A stretch of DNA of 36,498 bases from an uncultured archaeon (GTDB taxonomy: Archaea > Nanohalarchaeota > Nanosalinia > Nanosalinales > Nanosalinaceae): contig CAYQYU010000010.1 in NCBI GenBank assembly GCA_964421955.1, positions 1 through 36,498 on the forward strand, written 5' to 3'. A program made the position numbers and the translations under genes. Each line of letters opens with the position of its first letter. Position 1 is the first letter of the stretch. The notes beneath the pieces were generated by a model that saw only the letters and a program-made list of their open reading frames with translations, searched no databases and was not told the DNA's origin. Of the stretch, positions 18,876 to 27,273 are shown one piece after another.

Positions 18876-19784
18876 ATGGACACCGGAAAACGTTTGAAGC
18901 AGCTGGCAAGCATCCTTATCACGGCAGGAGGTTTCTACATAGTTCTCAGGAACCTCGACCTGTCCAAAGCCTGGACTGCCCTGGTATCAGCTGATCCTCT
19001 TTATTTCGCCGCGGGAAGCATTGTGCTTGTCTTCATCTATTTCCTGATGGGTGAGAGATGGAGGGTGATACTCGGCGACAAAGAGGTCGAGGTAAGTCAG
19101 ATGAAGGCTTTTGAACAGCTTCTGGTATCAGATTTTGTCAACAGCTTTCTGCCCGCCAGAGCCGGGGACATCTACCGCGGCTACATGGCCTCCGGGGAAG
19201 AAAAGTCGACTCTCGATACCTCGGTGATGGTGCTGATGGAGCGGGTGATGGACGTGACCGCTATCACGCTGCTCCTCTCGCTGGCGCTGGTCAGCTTCTA
19301 TCCCGGCAAGAAATTCATCATGTATCCTGCCGCAGCCGGAGCACTCCTGCTGATAGGATTAGCAGGCCTCTATCTACTCTGGAAACTCGAAGAGCCTCCG
19401 ATCCCTCTCCTTGAAAAATACTATTCTACGCTGAGAGGGGTGATAGTCGAGAACTTCACCACCACGAGACTCGTGGAACTCTTCCTTCTAACTGTGGTTA
19501 TCTGGATGATGGGTGTCGCGAGAACCTTTACAGTTTTCGAGGCCCTGGGAATCCCCGCAGGAATCGGGCTGATAACTGTTGTAACGTTTCTCTGGGCCGT
19601 CATAGCTGTTCTCCCTCTCACTCCCGCTGGCCTCGGCGCCACGGATGCTGCCGTGTTCCTGCTCCTGGCGAGCACAGGCTTCGGATCTGCGGAGGCCGCG
19701 GCCTTCATCGCGCTCAACCGACTGATGCTCCAGGGAGTTCCAGTGATCCTGGGAGGATCGCTCTACATCAGAAGATCAGGCTAG
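18876..19784 (+). CDS. Lysylphosphatidylglycerol-synthase-TM / flippase-like (UPF0104) protein
   Basis: RW, FVNSFLPARAGDIYR, ERVMD, PLTPAGLG motifs; multi-TM. Confidence 0.88.
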   Translation: MDTGKRLKQLASILITAGGFYIVLRNLDLSKAWTALVSADPLYFAAGSIVLVFIYFLMGERWRVILGDKEVEVSQMKAFEQLLVSDFVNSFLPARAGDIYRGYMASGEEKSTLDTSVMVLMERVMDVTAITLLLSLALVSFYPGKKFIMYPAAAGALLLIGLAGLYLLWKLEEPPIPLLEKYYSTLRGVIVENFTTTRLVELFLLTVVIWMMGVARTFTVFEALGIPAGIGLITVVTFLWAVIAVLPLTPAGLGATDAAVFLLLASTGFGSAEAAAFIALNRLMLQGVPVILGGSLYIRRSG

Positions 19785-19785
19785 C

Positions 19786-20154
19786 TCATTCCTCTCTTTC
19801 TTCGGAATATGGATCCTCCACGCGCGTGATATCGTCGGGCCGATATGGGAAAGAAATCTCGAGTACCTCTGCGACTTCGCCGCCTATATTCTGTATCTGG
19901 TGTCTCTGGCCTGACCGGATAACCTTTGCGCCGCCGTTCTCCAGATCCTCGAGTTCATCATCTCTTCTCAAGACCACGTTGCCTTCCTGAAGGTAGATGA
20001 CGTCGGCCTGTTCGTCGTGGTAGGAGTAAGAAGTCATCCCCTCCGCGTCTATGACCAGTCTGCGGATTCCGAGCATTCCTGTGCGATCTCCAACATCGAC
20101 CTGGGTGATCAGAACCTGGTCCTCGTAGCCCCAGGGTTTCTCTATACGCCCCAT
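19786..20154 (-). CDS. Cupin protein, mannose-6-phosphate isomerase type II-like
   Basis: IEKPWG, SYSYH, GQRHQIQN, LEIS, DDITRVEDPY. Confidence 0.8.
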   Translation of the reverse strand: MGRIEKPWGYEDQVLITQVDVGDRTGMLGIRRLVIDAEGMTSYSYHDEQADVIYLQEGNVVLRRDDELEDLENGGAKVIRSGQRHQIQNIGGEVAEVLEISFPYRPDDITRVEDPYSEEREE

Positions 20155-20179
20155 GCACCTTCAAGGACGCTCAAACTTC

Positions 20180-21118
20180 TTATACGTGATTCTGGTAGTA
20201 CTCCACCGTCTTTTCAAGACCTTCTTCAAAGCTGTAATCCGGCTCGTAACCCAGAGATTTCCGGGCACGGGAAATATCCGCCTTTGTGGTCTGGACGTAC
20301 TTTTCACGGGGATTGTCTACATGTTCTGCCTCTATATTCTTCCCGAGAACCTCGTTTAGCTTCTCAACCACCTGGTTGAACGAAACGTCTTTCCCGGTTC
20401 CAACATTGAAGTATTTACCGTCGATCCCTTCTTTCCGTTCAGCCGCGAGAATGTTCGCGGTCACGACATCCTTCACAAATGTGAAGTCCCTTGTCTGTGA
20501 ACCGTCCCCCCAGATGACAGGTTGCTCGTCCTCCATCATCTTCCAGAGGAACTGGGTCACGATGTTGGCGTACTTGCCCTTCGATCTCTCATGCGGTCCG
20601 TAGACAGAAAAGTAACGCAGACCTGTGGTCTCCACACGATTATTGTAGGAGTAAACCTGTGCGTATCTTTCGCGAGACATCTTCGATGCGGTATAGAGGT
20701 TGGTAGGTACCTCTTCCATGTCTTCCCTGTGGGGCGGCTCGACGCTCCCGTACATCGAACTCGTCGAGGCATACACTATCTTCTCGACGCCGGCCTCTAT
20801 CGCCGCCTCGGCCGTGGTCACGAAGCCTTCAATATTGACACGGCATCCTCTCTGCGGGTTTTCCTTATGCATGGGGGAACTTGAGCGGGCGGCCTGATGG
20901 AAAACCGTATCGCAGCCTTCTACTGCGGCCTCAACTTTTTCGCGGTCGAGAACCGATCCCTTCACAAATTCTATCTCGCTTTCAACTTCCGATAGGTTTT
21001 CCCTTGATCCAAGGTAGAGGTCGTCCAGAACCACTACTTCAATATCGCGTTCTACAAGCTCCTCGACCAGATTAGAACCTATGAATCCCGCTCCTCCTGT
21101 CACTAGCGCCTTTTCCAT
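20180..21118 (-). CDS. NAD-dependent nucleotide-sugar epimerase/dehydratase
   Basis: TGGAGFIG, YASTSSMYG, YTASK, RYFSVYGP, GDGSQTRDF. An alternative GTG start at 21148 overlaps the pfkB-family stop. Confidence 0.93.
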   Translation of the reverse strand: MEKALVTGGAGFIGSNLVEELVERDIEVVVLDDLYLGSRENLSEVESEIEFVKGSVLDREKVEAAVEGCDTVFHQAARSSSPMHKENPQRGCRVNIEGFVTTAEAAIEAGVEKIVYASTSSMYGSVEPPHREDMEEVPTNLYTASKMSRERYAQVYSYNNRVETTGLRYFSVYGPHERSKGKYANIVTQFLWKMMEDEQPVIWGDGSQTRDFTFVKDVVTANILAAERKEGIDGKYFNVGTGKDVSFNQVVEKLNEVLGKNIEAEHVDNPREKYVQTTKADISRARKSLGYEPDYSFEEGLEKTVEYYQNHV

Positions 21119-21144
21119 GGTATAATTTCGACCTGAAACGTTTT

Positions 21145-21996
21145 TCACTCTAACTCAGTTCTGCCCGGGAGGGCCGACATCGCTCCCTTTGCCGTGGTCG
21201 ATATAGATGCGGCCTTCACAGCTTTCTGAAGAGCTTCTCTCTTACCGCGGTTCCGGAAAGCAAGGTATGTTCCTGTCAGGGCGTCTCCAGCCCCTGTAGT
21301 ATCGACTACCTTAACATCTTCTGCGTCTTCGCCGAACCGATCTTCCGGTGTCACCAGCTCAGCTCCACTGCTCCCTCTTGTGATAATTATCTCGCCCACC
21401 TTCTCTCTCAGTCTCTCCAGACCTCCGAAGAACTCAATTTCCTCTTCAGCCGCGGTGAGAATATCGACGTGGTTGATCAGCCGTTTTAGCCTTTCCTCGT
21501 ACTCCGCCGACATTAGATCCTCTCTCAGGTTGGGATCAAAGCTTACCGGGGCATCGATACTCTCTGCAAACTCCAGGACGTTTCCGGCAGTCTTCTCATC
21601 GGTCAACGGCAGAGAACCCAGGTGTACTATTCCTTCAGGTTCCAGGTCAAGCTGTTCAGTTGAGATATGCTCATCAGCCTCCCTGTAGAACATGAAGTGC
21701 GGTTTCGCGCCCTCATCAAGAGATGCAAAAGCCAGTGTCGTCCTTTGGTCCAACTTTTCTATTCTGTCTGTTCCCACTTCCTCTTCCCGGAGCTTTTCCA
21801 GCAGGAATTCTCCGAACTCGTCTTCCCCGACAGTCGCTACCATCTCCACATCCGCGCCGAGGCGTGCAGCGGCGACCGCAACGTTGGCAGGAGCACCACC
21901 CGGCCTCTTGGAGAACTCTGTGTTTTCCTCAAGGCTTTTCCTTTCCTCCCCTATAAAATCTACCAGGAGCTCCCCTACACAGACAAGATCACTCAT
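21145..21996 (-). CDS. PfkB-family carbohydrate kinase (fructokinase-like)
   Basis: GELLVD, GGAPANVA, FDPNLR, VDTTGAGD. Confidence 0.93.
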   Translation of the reverse strand: MSDLVCVGELLVDFIGEERKSLEENTEFSKRPGGAPANVAVAAARLGADVEMVATVGEDEFGEFLLEKLREEEVGTDRIEKLDQRTTLAFASLDEGAKPHFMFYREADEHISTEQLDLEPEGIVHLGSLPLTDEKTAGNVLEFAESIDAPVSFDPNLREDLMSAEYEERLKRLINHVDILTAAEEEIEFFGGLERLREKVGEIIITRGSSGAELVTPEDRFGEDAEDVKVVDTTGAGDALTGTYLAFRNRGKREALQKAVKAASISTTAKGAMSALPGRTELE

Positions 21997-22810
21997 ACCT
22001 GAGATCCTTGACCTCTTCTATCTTCTTCTGGAGTTCTCCAGAGTTCCTAGCCAGTTCTCCCGGGAACGCATAACCATCTGAAATATCAAGATCGTTCTCC
22101 TCAACGTATCTTCTTGTATCCTCTATGTCGTCGCCCACCAGGTAGTGCATCAGAGCCGATGTAAACTCGTGATCCTTCGAATCCACAGAGTAGACCGAGG
22201 CTTCCGTGACCTTTTCAGCGTCCTCAGGCGAGTCTCCTATAGCTATGCCGTATCCTCCCGTTGCCACGGCGTATCTCATGGCTTCCAGATCCGTGTCGCT
22301 GTCTCCAATATATGTCACATTCACCGGCCCTTCAACAGGGTCGATTCCCTGCCCGACAAGATGATTCTGCATCCTGACTGGTTTCTGGTACCTTCCGTTA
22401 AAGCTCGGGCCTTCTTCCGTGAGTTCACCGGCGATCTTGCCGTCAAAGTGGCCGTTGGTTACTGCATCAATAGCGGGTTTCCATCCTGCAGAATGGGCAA
22501 CAAGAACGTATTTGTCCGAGAAATCTTCTATTACCGATTCCATCCCTCTCCGGGGCCTGGGTTCGAGATTTCTGGCCGCCGCTTCGAGATCATCTACTTC
22601 ACCGTTTCCATCGAGGTAGAGAAGCAGTTCGTTTCCCTTCCCCTCAGGAGGCTCTCCTTCCCTGGGATCGTGGAAGGTAGCCATCAGATCTCCAAACTCG
22701 TCTCTGGAACAAACTCCGGCGTTTACAAGGGTTTCCTGCCCTGTATCTCGGGGATCTACAGTCCCGTCTATATCGAAAAACACTACTTGTCCAGACTCTT
22801 TCTCAGGCAT
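21989..22810 (-). CDS. HAD-superfamily hydrolase
   Basis: Motif I FFDIDGT, motif II HSAG, Lys in YQKP, motif IV IGDSDTD; 8-nt overlap with the kinase gene. Confidence 0.8.
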   Translation of the reverse strand: MPEKESGQVVFFDIDGTVDPRDTGQETLVNAGVCSRDEFGDLMATFHDPREGEPPEGKGNELLLYLDGNGEVDDLEAAARNLEPRPRRGMESVIEDFSDKYVLVAHSAGWKPAIDAVTNGHFDGKIAGELTEEGPSFNGRYQKPVRMQNHLVGQGIDPVEGPVNVTYIGDSDTDLEAMRYAVATGGYGIAIGDSPEDAEKVTEASVYSVDSKDHEFTSALMHYLVGDDIEDTRRYVEENDLDISDGYAFPGELARNSGELQKKIEEVKDLRYE

Positions 22811-22888
22811 AGTATTACGATGTATTACTTATCGTTTTTAAATGGTGCGGTCCTGATCTTTATGAACCGAAATCACAAACTCGGTTCT

Positions 22889-23323
22889 ATGCGGAACAAC
22901 CTGCTCCGGTCGATCATCGACAGCGAATCCCGTGCCTATGGATTCACGATCGCTTTCTGGGGTTCCGGGATGATACTCGTCAGTACCTTTGGAGCGCCAG
23001 GAATAACAGGAGTCCTTTACTATGCGCTCGGTGCAATAACAGGCTTCGGTCTAACAACGCTCCTGGCGTACGAGCATTTCTTCGGATCACCGGACTATGA
23101 GCAGCCCGAGTACCTGATTTTCAGCACCATACACTACCTTTCGTCACTCGCACCGATAATCGCTACCTACTTTTACACGCTTGCATATCCATCCCTGATC
23201 GGTTCGGGGATGGTCTTCTTCCTCTCGGGAGTCTCCGTTTCATTCACCTACAACATCCTGATGCTCGTGGAGGAAAAAATCTCGGAAGAGGTAAAGCAGC
23301 TCGAAGAGAGAATCCTGAAATAG
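22889..23323 (+). CDS. Hypothetical membrane protein (about 4 TM)
   Basis: ESRAYGFTIAFWGSG followed by hydrophobic helices. Start at 22889 or 22862; the longer ORF-track version is antisense to the HAD gene. Confidence 0.75.
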   Translation: MRNNLLRSIIDSESRAYGFTIAFWGSGMILVSTFGAPGITGVLYYALGAITGFGLTTLLAYEHFFGSPDYEQPEYLIFSTIHYLSSLAPIIATYFYTLAYPSLIGSGMVFFLSGVSVSFTYNILMLVEEKISEEVKQLEERILK

Positions 23324-24070
23324 CTACTCGTCAACATCCATCCAGTTGCCGCCGTATATGTAGCCGGAAAGGTTCCCTGACGACGCAAGCTTCTCGAATA
23401 CAGTTTCGAGACTGTTGTTCTCCAGGTGGTCAAATATCTCCGGTTCGACAACATAAGTTCCAGCGTTGATAAGACGGGAAGGTTCCTCGCCAGATTCAGG
23501 TTTCTCTTCAAAGCCGAGAATCTTCCTGCCCTTCAGGCGGGCGACACCGTAGCGTGAAGGGTCTTCGACAGTCGTGAGCGCCATCGTCGCAACGGATTCA
23601 CCGTCCCTGTGGACCTCCCCCATTTCATGGAAGTCAACATCGCTTATGACATGGCCGTTGAGCACCAGAAAGCTACCATCGATCAGATCTTCCACATTCC
23701 TCAGGGCCGCGGCAGTTCCACGAGGTTCTTCTTCCTGGACGTACTCCAGCGACATTCCGCTGTATTCAGAACCGAAGTGGCTCTCTATCTCATCGTTCTG
23801 GCCTATCAGGAGTATCGTGCGGGAGATCGACTGTTCCGACAGGTGCTCCAGTATATGTTCTAGCACCGGCCGGCCACTGTAATCCTCGAGAGACTTCGCG
23901 TCCGGGTCGCCACAGAGAACCACCGCAGTGTCAAGAGATCTCTTCTGGAAATAGCTCTCGATCAGCTCTTCAACCATCTGTGAGCGGTTTACATCGACCT
24001 TTGAGGCCTCGGAATCGATCTTTTCGACCAGGCTTTCCTCCAGGGTAAGGGAGATTCTTTTCTTGGCCAT
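23324..24070 (-). CDS. RHH (CopG-like) domain fused to degenerate sugar-phosphate nucleotidyltransferase domain
   Basis: N-terminal KKRISLTLEESLVEKID...NRSQMVEELI; C-terminal EEEPRGTAAAL, DPSRYGV, FEEKP, INAGTY, WMDV; GGxGTR loop absent. Confidence 0.85.
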   Translation of the reverse strand: MAKKRISLTLEESLVEKIDSEASKVDVNRSQMVEELIESYFQKRSLDTAVVLCGDPDAKSLEDYSGRPVLEHILEHLSEQSISRTILLIGQNDEIESHFGSEYSGMSLEYVQEEEPRGTAAALRNVEDLIDGSFLVLNGHVISDVDFHEMGEVHRDGESVATMALTTVEDPSRYGVARLKGRKILGFEEKPESGEEPSRLINAGTYVVEPEIFDHLENNSLETVFEKLASSGNLSGYIYGGNWMDVDE

Positions 24071-24211
24071 GACAGGAAATTTGTGATATACACTTTAATT
24101 TGTCATTCCGGACAGCGCCGATATCATACCGATAACCATGGACATAACAGAATAGTCCACATCCTCTGTGTTCTAGAAAAGTTTTAATCAGTTATCAAGA
24201 CAGGATAAGTC

Positions 24212-25012
24212 ATGGATGTCCCTCCTGTAATCTACCGGATGTACCGGGAGCGGTTTTACCCGTTAATTTCGGACACAGTTCTTGAAGATGCCGTGCACGA
24301 GACTCTGGTAAAGCTCTCACAGGCAGGCATAGAAAAGGTGGACGAGAGCCGGGCAGAGGGAATATACGAAAAAGGCGGCTGGGACAACCTGATAATACTG
24401 GATGCCTGCCGGTACGATTTTTACCGAGAGAAAGTAGGAGATGTAGACTACCGGATAACTCTGGGAAGCAACTCGAGAGATTTCATACGCGAGACTTTTT
24501 CCGGGCGAGACTGTTCGGATACTGTTTACGTCTCGGGAAACGCCCACACTGATGAAGAAATATTCATGGAGATAACAGGCAGGAGTCCGGGACAGGTTTT
24601 CCACGAGATTTTCCAGGTCCACGAGACCGACTGGATAGGTGAAGAAGGAGCGAATCCTGGAGCCATAGTCAGGGATGGCAGAACCGCTCGCAAACTCTGG
24701 CCTGACAAAAAACTGGTCATACACCTCATGCAGCCACATCTACCGTTCATAGCGCGTGAAGAGGACAAAGAAATAGACTACGAGAAGGCCAAGAAAGGAC
24801 AAATCGATGCAGAGAGAGTCAGGAACGCGTACGAGAGAAATCTTGATTACGTCCTTGAAGGACCGCTCCAGGAGCTCCTGGAGGCCCTGGACGGAGAAAC
24901 AGTTATCACCGCGGATCACGGGGAATTCCTTGGCGAGAACAACAGGTACGGTCATCCCGGAGGATGCAGCGAAGAGATACTCAGGAAAGTCCCCTGGCAC
25001 AGAGTTGAATAA
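24212..25012 (+). CDS. AlkP/sulfatase-superfamily protein (short haloarchaeal type)
   Basis: WDNLIILDACRYD, HLMQPHLPF, TADHGEFLGE, GH, KVPW. Confidence 0.85.
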   Translation: MDVPPVIYRMYRERFYPLISDTVLEDAVHETLVKLSQAGIEKVDESRAEGIYEKGGWDNLIILDACRYDFYREKVGDVDYRITLGSNSRDFIRETFSGRDCSDTVYVSGNAHTDEEIFMEITGRSPGQVFHEIFQVHETDWIGEEGANPGAIVRDGRTARKLWPDKKLVIHLMQPHLPFIAREEDKEIDYEKAKKGQIDAERVRNAYERNLDYVLEGPLQELLEALDGETVITADHGEFLGENNRYGHPGGCSEEILRKVPWHRVE

Positions 25013-25052
25013 AGAAAAAATAATGGAAGGAACCAGAGGTTTTGAGCCTCTG
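25011..25052 (-). terminator. Hairpin plus U-tract after the CysD-like gene
   Basis: Minus strand CAGAGG-CTCAAAA-CCTCTG starts 3 nt after the stop, followed shortly by TTATTTTTTCTTT. Confidence 0.5.
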
Positions 25053-25054
25053 CT

Positions 25055-25972
25055 TCACATGTAACCCAGTTCCCTCAGCTTGTTCATGATCTCCTTGTCG
25101 TCCTTGTTCTGGGCCCTCCCGGCGCGCTCCTTGGTGTTCTCTACGTCCTGGAGCCAGGCAGGTTCATCCTCGTGCTTGTCGGTAGAGACCTCCGAGCCCA
25201 GGGATCGGAAGCCCGCCCAGTACTTCGGACTGATCGGGACATCGTTCTTTGAAAGCCCTTCCGGTAGATCTTCAGGGCTCTCCGGGTACTCCTCGATATC
25301 CACGCCGGTGATGTCCGGCACCATGTGGAACCAGGATACGTCCCACACGTCTCGCTCTGTTAACTGGAGAATCGGGTGGACTCGCATGTGATCAGGGTCT
25401 TCCCTCGGAGAGTAGAAGTCTTCGTCGCCGCGGGACTCGTGCTCGTCCCATCGCACACCGTTAATGACTGCTTCAACATCGTGGTTTTCGAGCAGCTCGT
25501 TCATGGGAACCGTCTTCAATAGATGGTTGCCTGCCTCAGTGTCCATCAGCCACGGTACTTCCTCGTAGTCGCCGACACGTTCAGCTTCCTCCTGGTTCCG
25601 CTCATTAAGTTCGGCAACCGGAACTTTATCACCAGGATTCTCGGCCTTCTCTATCAGGTCCTCGTTTTTCGCGACCATGACTTCGAAGCCCCAGTCATCC
25701 GCGAGTCTTCGGACATAATCCTCAAGCTCCTCAAAGTGCTGGCCGTGGTCCACGAACATGAACCTTGGCTTCTCCCAGCCTTCTTCCTCGCATACTCGCT
25801 TGACGAGCCAGGCGGTAATAGTCGAATCCTTGCCGCCGGTGAATCCGATTACAGAGTTCTCCGGTCCGTACTCCTCCAGCGCACGTTTCACAACCTCTTC
25901 TCCGGCTCTTATTTTGGCTTTTGTGGGTGCTTTCTCGATCTCTTCTCGTGTTACAGGTGGTTCTGGTGTCAT
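25055..25972 (-). CDS. PAPS-reductase-family adenine-nucleotide-binding protein, CysD-like (sulfate adenylyltransferase subunit 2 type)
   Basis: PP-loop FTGGKDS, GVRWDEHESR, RVHPIL, GFRSLG, ERAGRAQ. It lacks the CC/CxxC Fe-S ligands and C-terminal ECGLH of true reductases; ends EIMNKLRELGYM. Confidence 0.82.
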   Translation of the reverse strand: MTPEPPVTREEIEKAPTKAKIRAGEEVVKRALEEYGPENSVIGFTGGKDSTITAWLVKRVCEEEGWEKPRFMFVDHGQHFEELEDYVRRLADDWGFEVMVAKNEDLIEKAENPGDKVPVAELNERNQEEAERVGDYEEVPWLMDTEAGNHLLKTVPMNELLENHDVEAVINGVRWDEHESRGDEDFYSPREDPDHMRVHPILQLTERDVWDVSWFHMVPDITGVDIEEYPESPEDLPEGLSKNDVPISPKYWAGFRSLGSEVSTDKHEDEPAWLQDVENTKERAGRAQNKDDKEIMNKLRELGYM

Positions 25973-25988
25973 GTTATCACGAAGTATT

Positions 25989-26762
25989 CTAGTCAACGCC
26001 GTAGTAGTCGAGAATTGCCTTCCCGACATCCTCCGGCTGGTTGATCTCGTAGTCGACGTTGTTTGTGATTAAAACTGCGTCCTCGTGGTGGTCGCCCTGT
26101 AGCTTGCCGTGCGGTGTCTCTTCAGGAAGTGTTTGTACGCGGCCCTCGCCGAACTCTGCGAAGCCGTGGTCACTCAGCACGATTAGCGGTTCATCGCCTG
26201 AGAAGTCATAGTAATTGAGCAGTTCGCCTAGGACTTCGTCCATCTTCCTGTACCACTCGAGTATCAGTTCCCTGTCGTTCCAGTAGAAGTGTGAGACGCG
26301 GTCGAGCTGCATGAAGACGACGGCGAAGAACTCGGGATCGTCTTCCAGCACTTCCCTGCATTTATCCAGCAGCTTCTTCCGGTCGGCTTCCAGTTCATCC
26401 AGGTCGCTAGAGACTCCGAAGCCCTCTGGCTCGTAATCTGTATTCCAGTTGATCGGAGGTATCACAGAGGGAACCTGGAGCACGCGTGCATCCACCTCTC
26501 CATCAAGCTTCTCCCAGACGAAAGTCCCCTCGATATCTTCTCGCTTCTGCAGCTCGTCATCGACCACGAAGTCCTTGTGGCCGTGTTCTTTTTGCGAAAG
26601 ACCTGTGAAGATTGATGTCCAGAGCGGCGCGCTCTTGGGCGTCTCCTCTACAGTTACGGTCTTGTAGTCGCATTCCTCCATCAGACGGTCGAAGTTCGGG
26701 AGCTCGTCTCTGTTGGGTTTGATGATGTCCCATGTTGCAGCGTCGATTCCAATAACTTTCAT
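25989..26762 (-). CDS. AlkP superfamily / type I phosphodiesterase-like protein (short)
   Basis: IGIDAATW, SAPLWTSIFTG, LDRVSH, LSDHGF, GDH. Confidence 0.85.
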   Translation of the reverse strand: MKVIGIDAATWDIIKPNRDELPNFDRLMEECDYKTVTVEETPKSAPLWTSIFTGLSQKEHGHKDFVVDDELQKREDIEGTFVWEKLDGEVDARVLQVPSVIPPINWNTDYEPEGFGVSSDLDELEADRKKLLDKCREVLEDDPEFFAVVFMQLDRVSHFYWNDRELILEWYRKMDEVLGELLNYYDFSGDEPLIVLSDHGFAEFGEGRVQTLPEETPHGKLQGDHHEDAVLITNNVDYEINQPEDVGKAILDYYGVD

Positions 26763-26817
26763 AGTATCTTTTCGTCCAGCGTAAAGATTTGAGAAAATCT
26801 ATGATTTTCGACCATTG

Positions 26818-27021
26818 CTATACCTCCATCCCCCAGTTAATATTGCTCCATGCGCGTTCCCAAGCGTAGTATAGCGCGGTCTTGGCTATTGCCGCCGTAC
26901 CACCGATCTTTACAGAAGAACCGATTTTCCCGGTGTAAAGCAGCGCAACTCCGAATACGGTCACGGTCGCGAACATCCTGTAGCTCAGAGCTTTTACTAA
27001 AGATCTCCTGTGTTTATGCAT
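26818..27021 (-). CDS. DUF2061-like small membrane protein
   Basis: RSLVKALSYR...KTALYYAWERAWSNINWG family pattern. Confidence 0.8.
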   Translation of the reverse strand: MHKHRRSLVKALSYRMFATVTVFGVALLYTGKIGSSVKIGGTAAIAKTALYYAWERAWSNINWGMEV

Positions 27022-27032
27022 CAGTTGAAAAC

Positions 27033-27233
27033 CTATCTATCCATGTATCCTAGTTTCTCCAGCTTTTTACCAATCTCCTTTATGTCGTCTTCCGACAGAT
27101 CTCTTTCGTCCTCAGGCATCCTGTTCTCCGCCAGCTCCTCCAGCTTGTCCTGGACAAAGCGAGACAGGTTGATATGGTTCTCGTCCACGAACTCGGCGAG
27201 CTCGTCGGGCAGGGAGATCGTCTTCCTCTTCAT
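27033..27233 (-). CDS. Small RHH-like protein with acidic linker and LGY tail
   Basis: MKRKTISLPDELAEFVDENHINLSRFVQDKLEEL beta-helix-helix pattern; ends EIGKKLEKLGYMDR. Confidence 0.75.
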   Translation of the reverse strand: MKRKTISLPDELAEFVDENHINLSRFVQDKLEELAENRMPEDERDLSEDDIKEIGKKLEKLGYMDR

Positions 27234-27273
27234 ATAATACATAAGTTAATTAAGATATTAAATAAGTTTTTCT

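Noticed and set aside
22145-22861. 392-aa ORF 22145..23323 as a single protein
   Set aside because: The N-terminal ~240 aa are antisense to the HAD gene; the real gene most likely starts at 22862 or 22889.
25055-25972. PAPS/APS reductase (cysH)
   Set aside because: Only one Cys in the protein; it lacks Fe-S ligands and the catalytic C-terminal ECG(L)H motif, so CysD-like fits better.
27033-27233. RHH proteins as type II antitoxins
   Set aside because: No adjacent toxin-like ORF (PIN, RelE, MazF etc.) next to either RHH gene.
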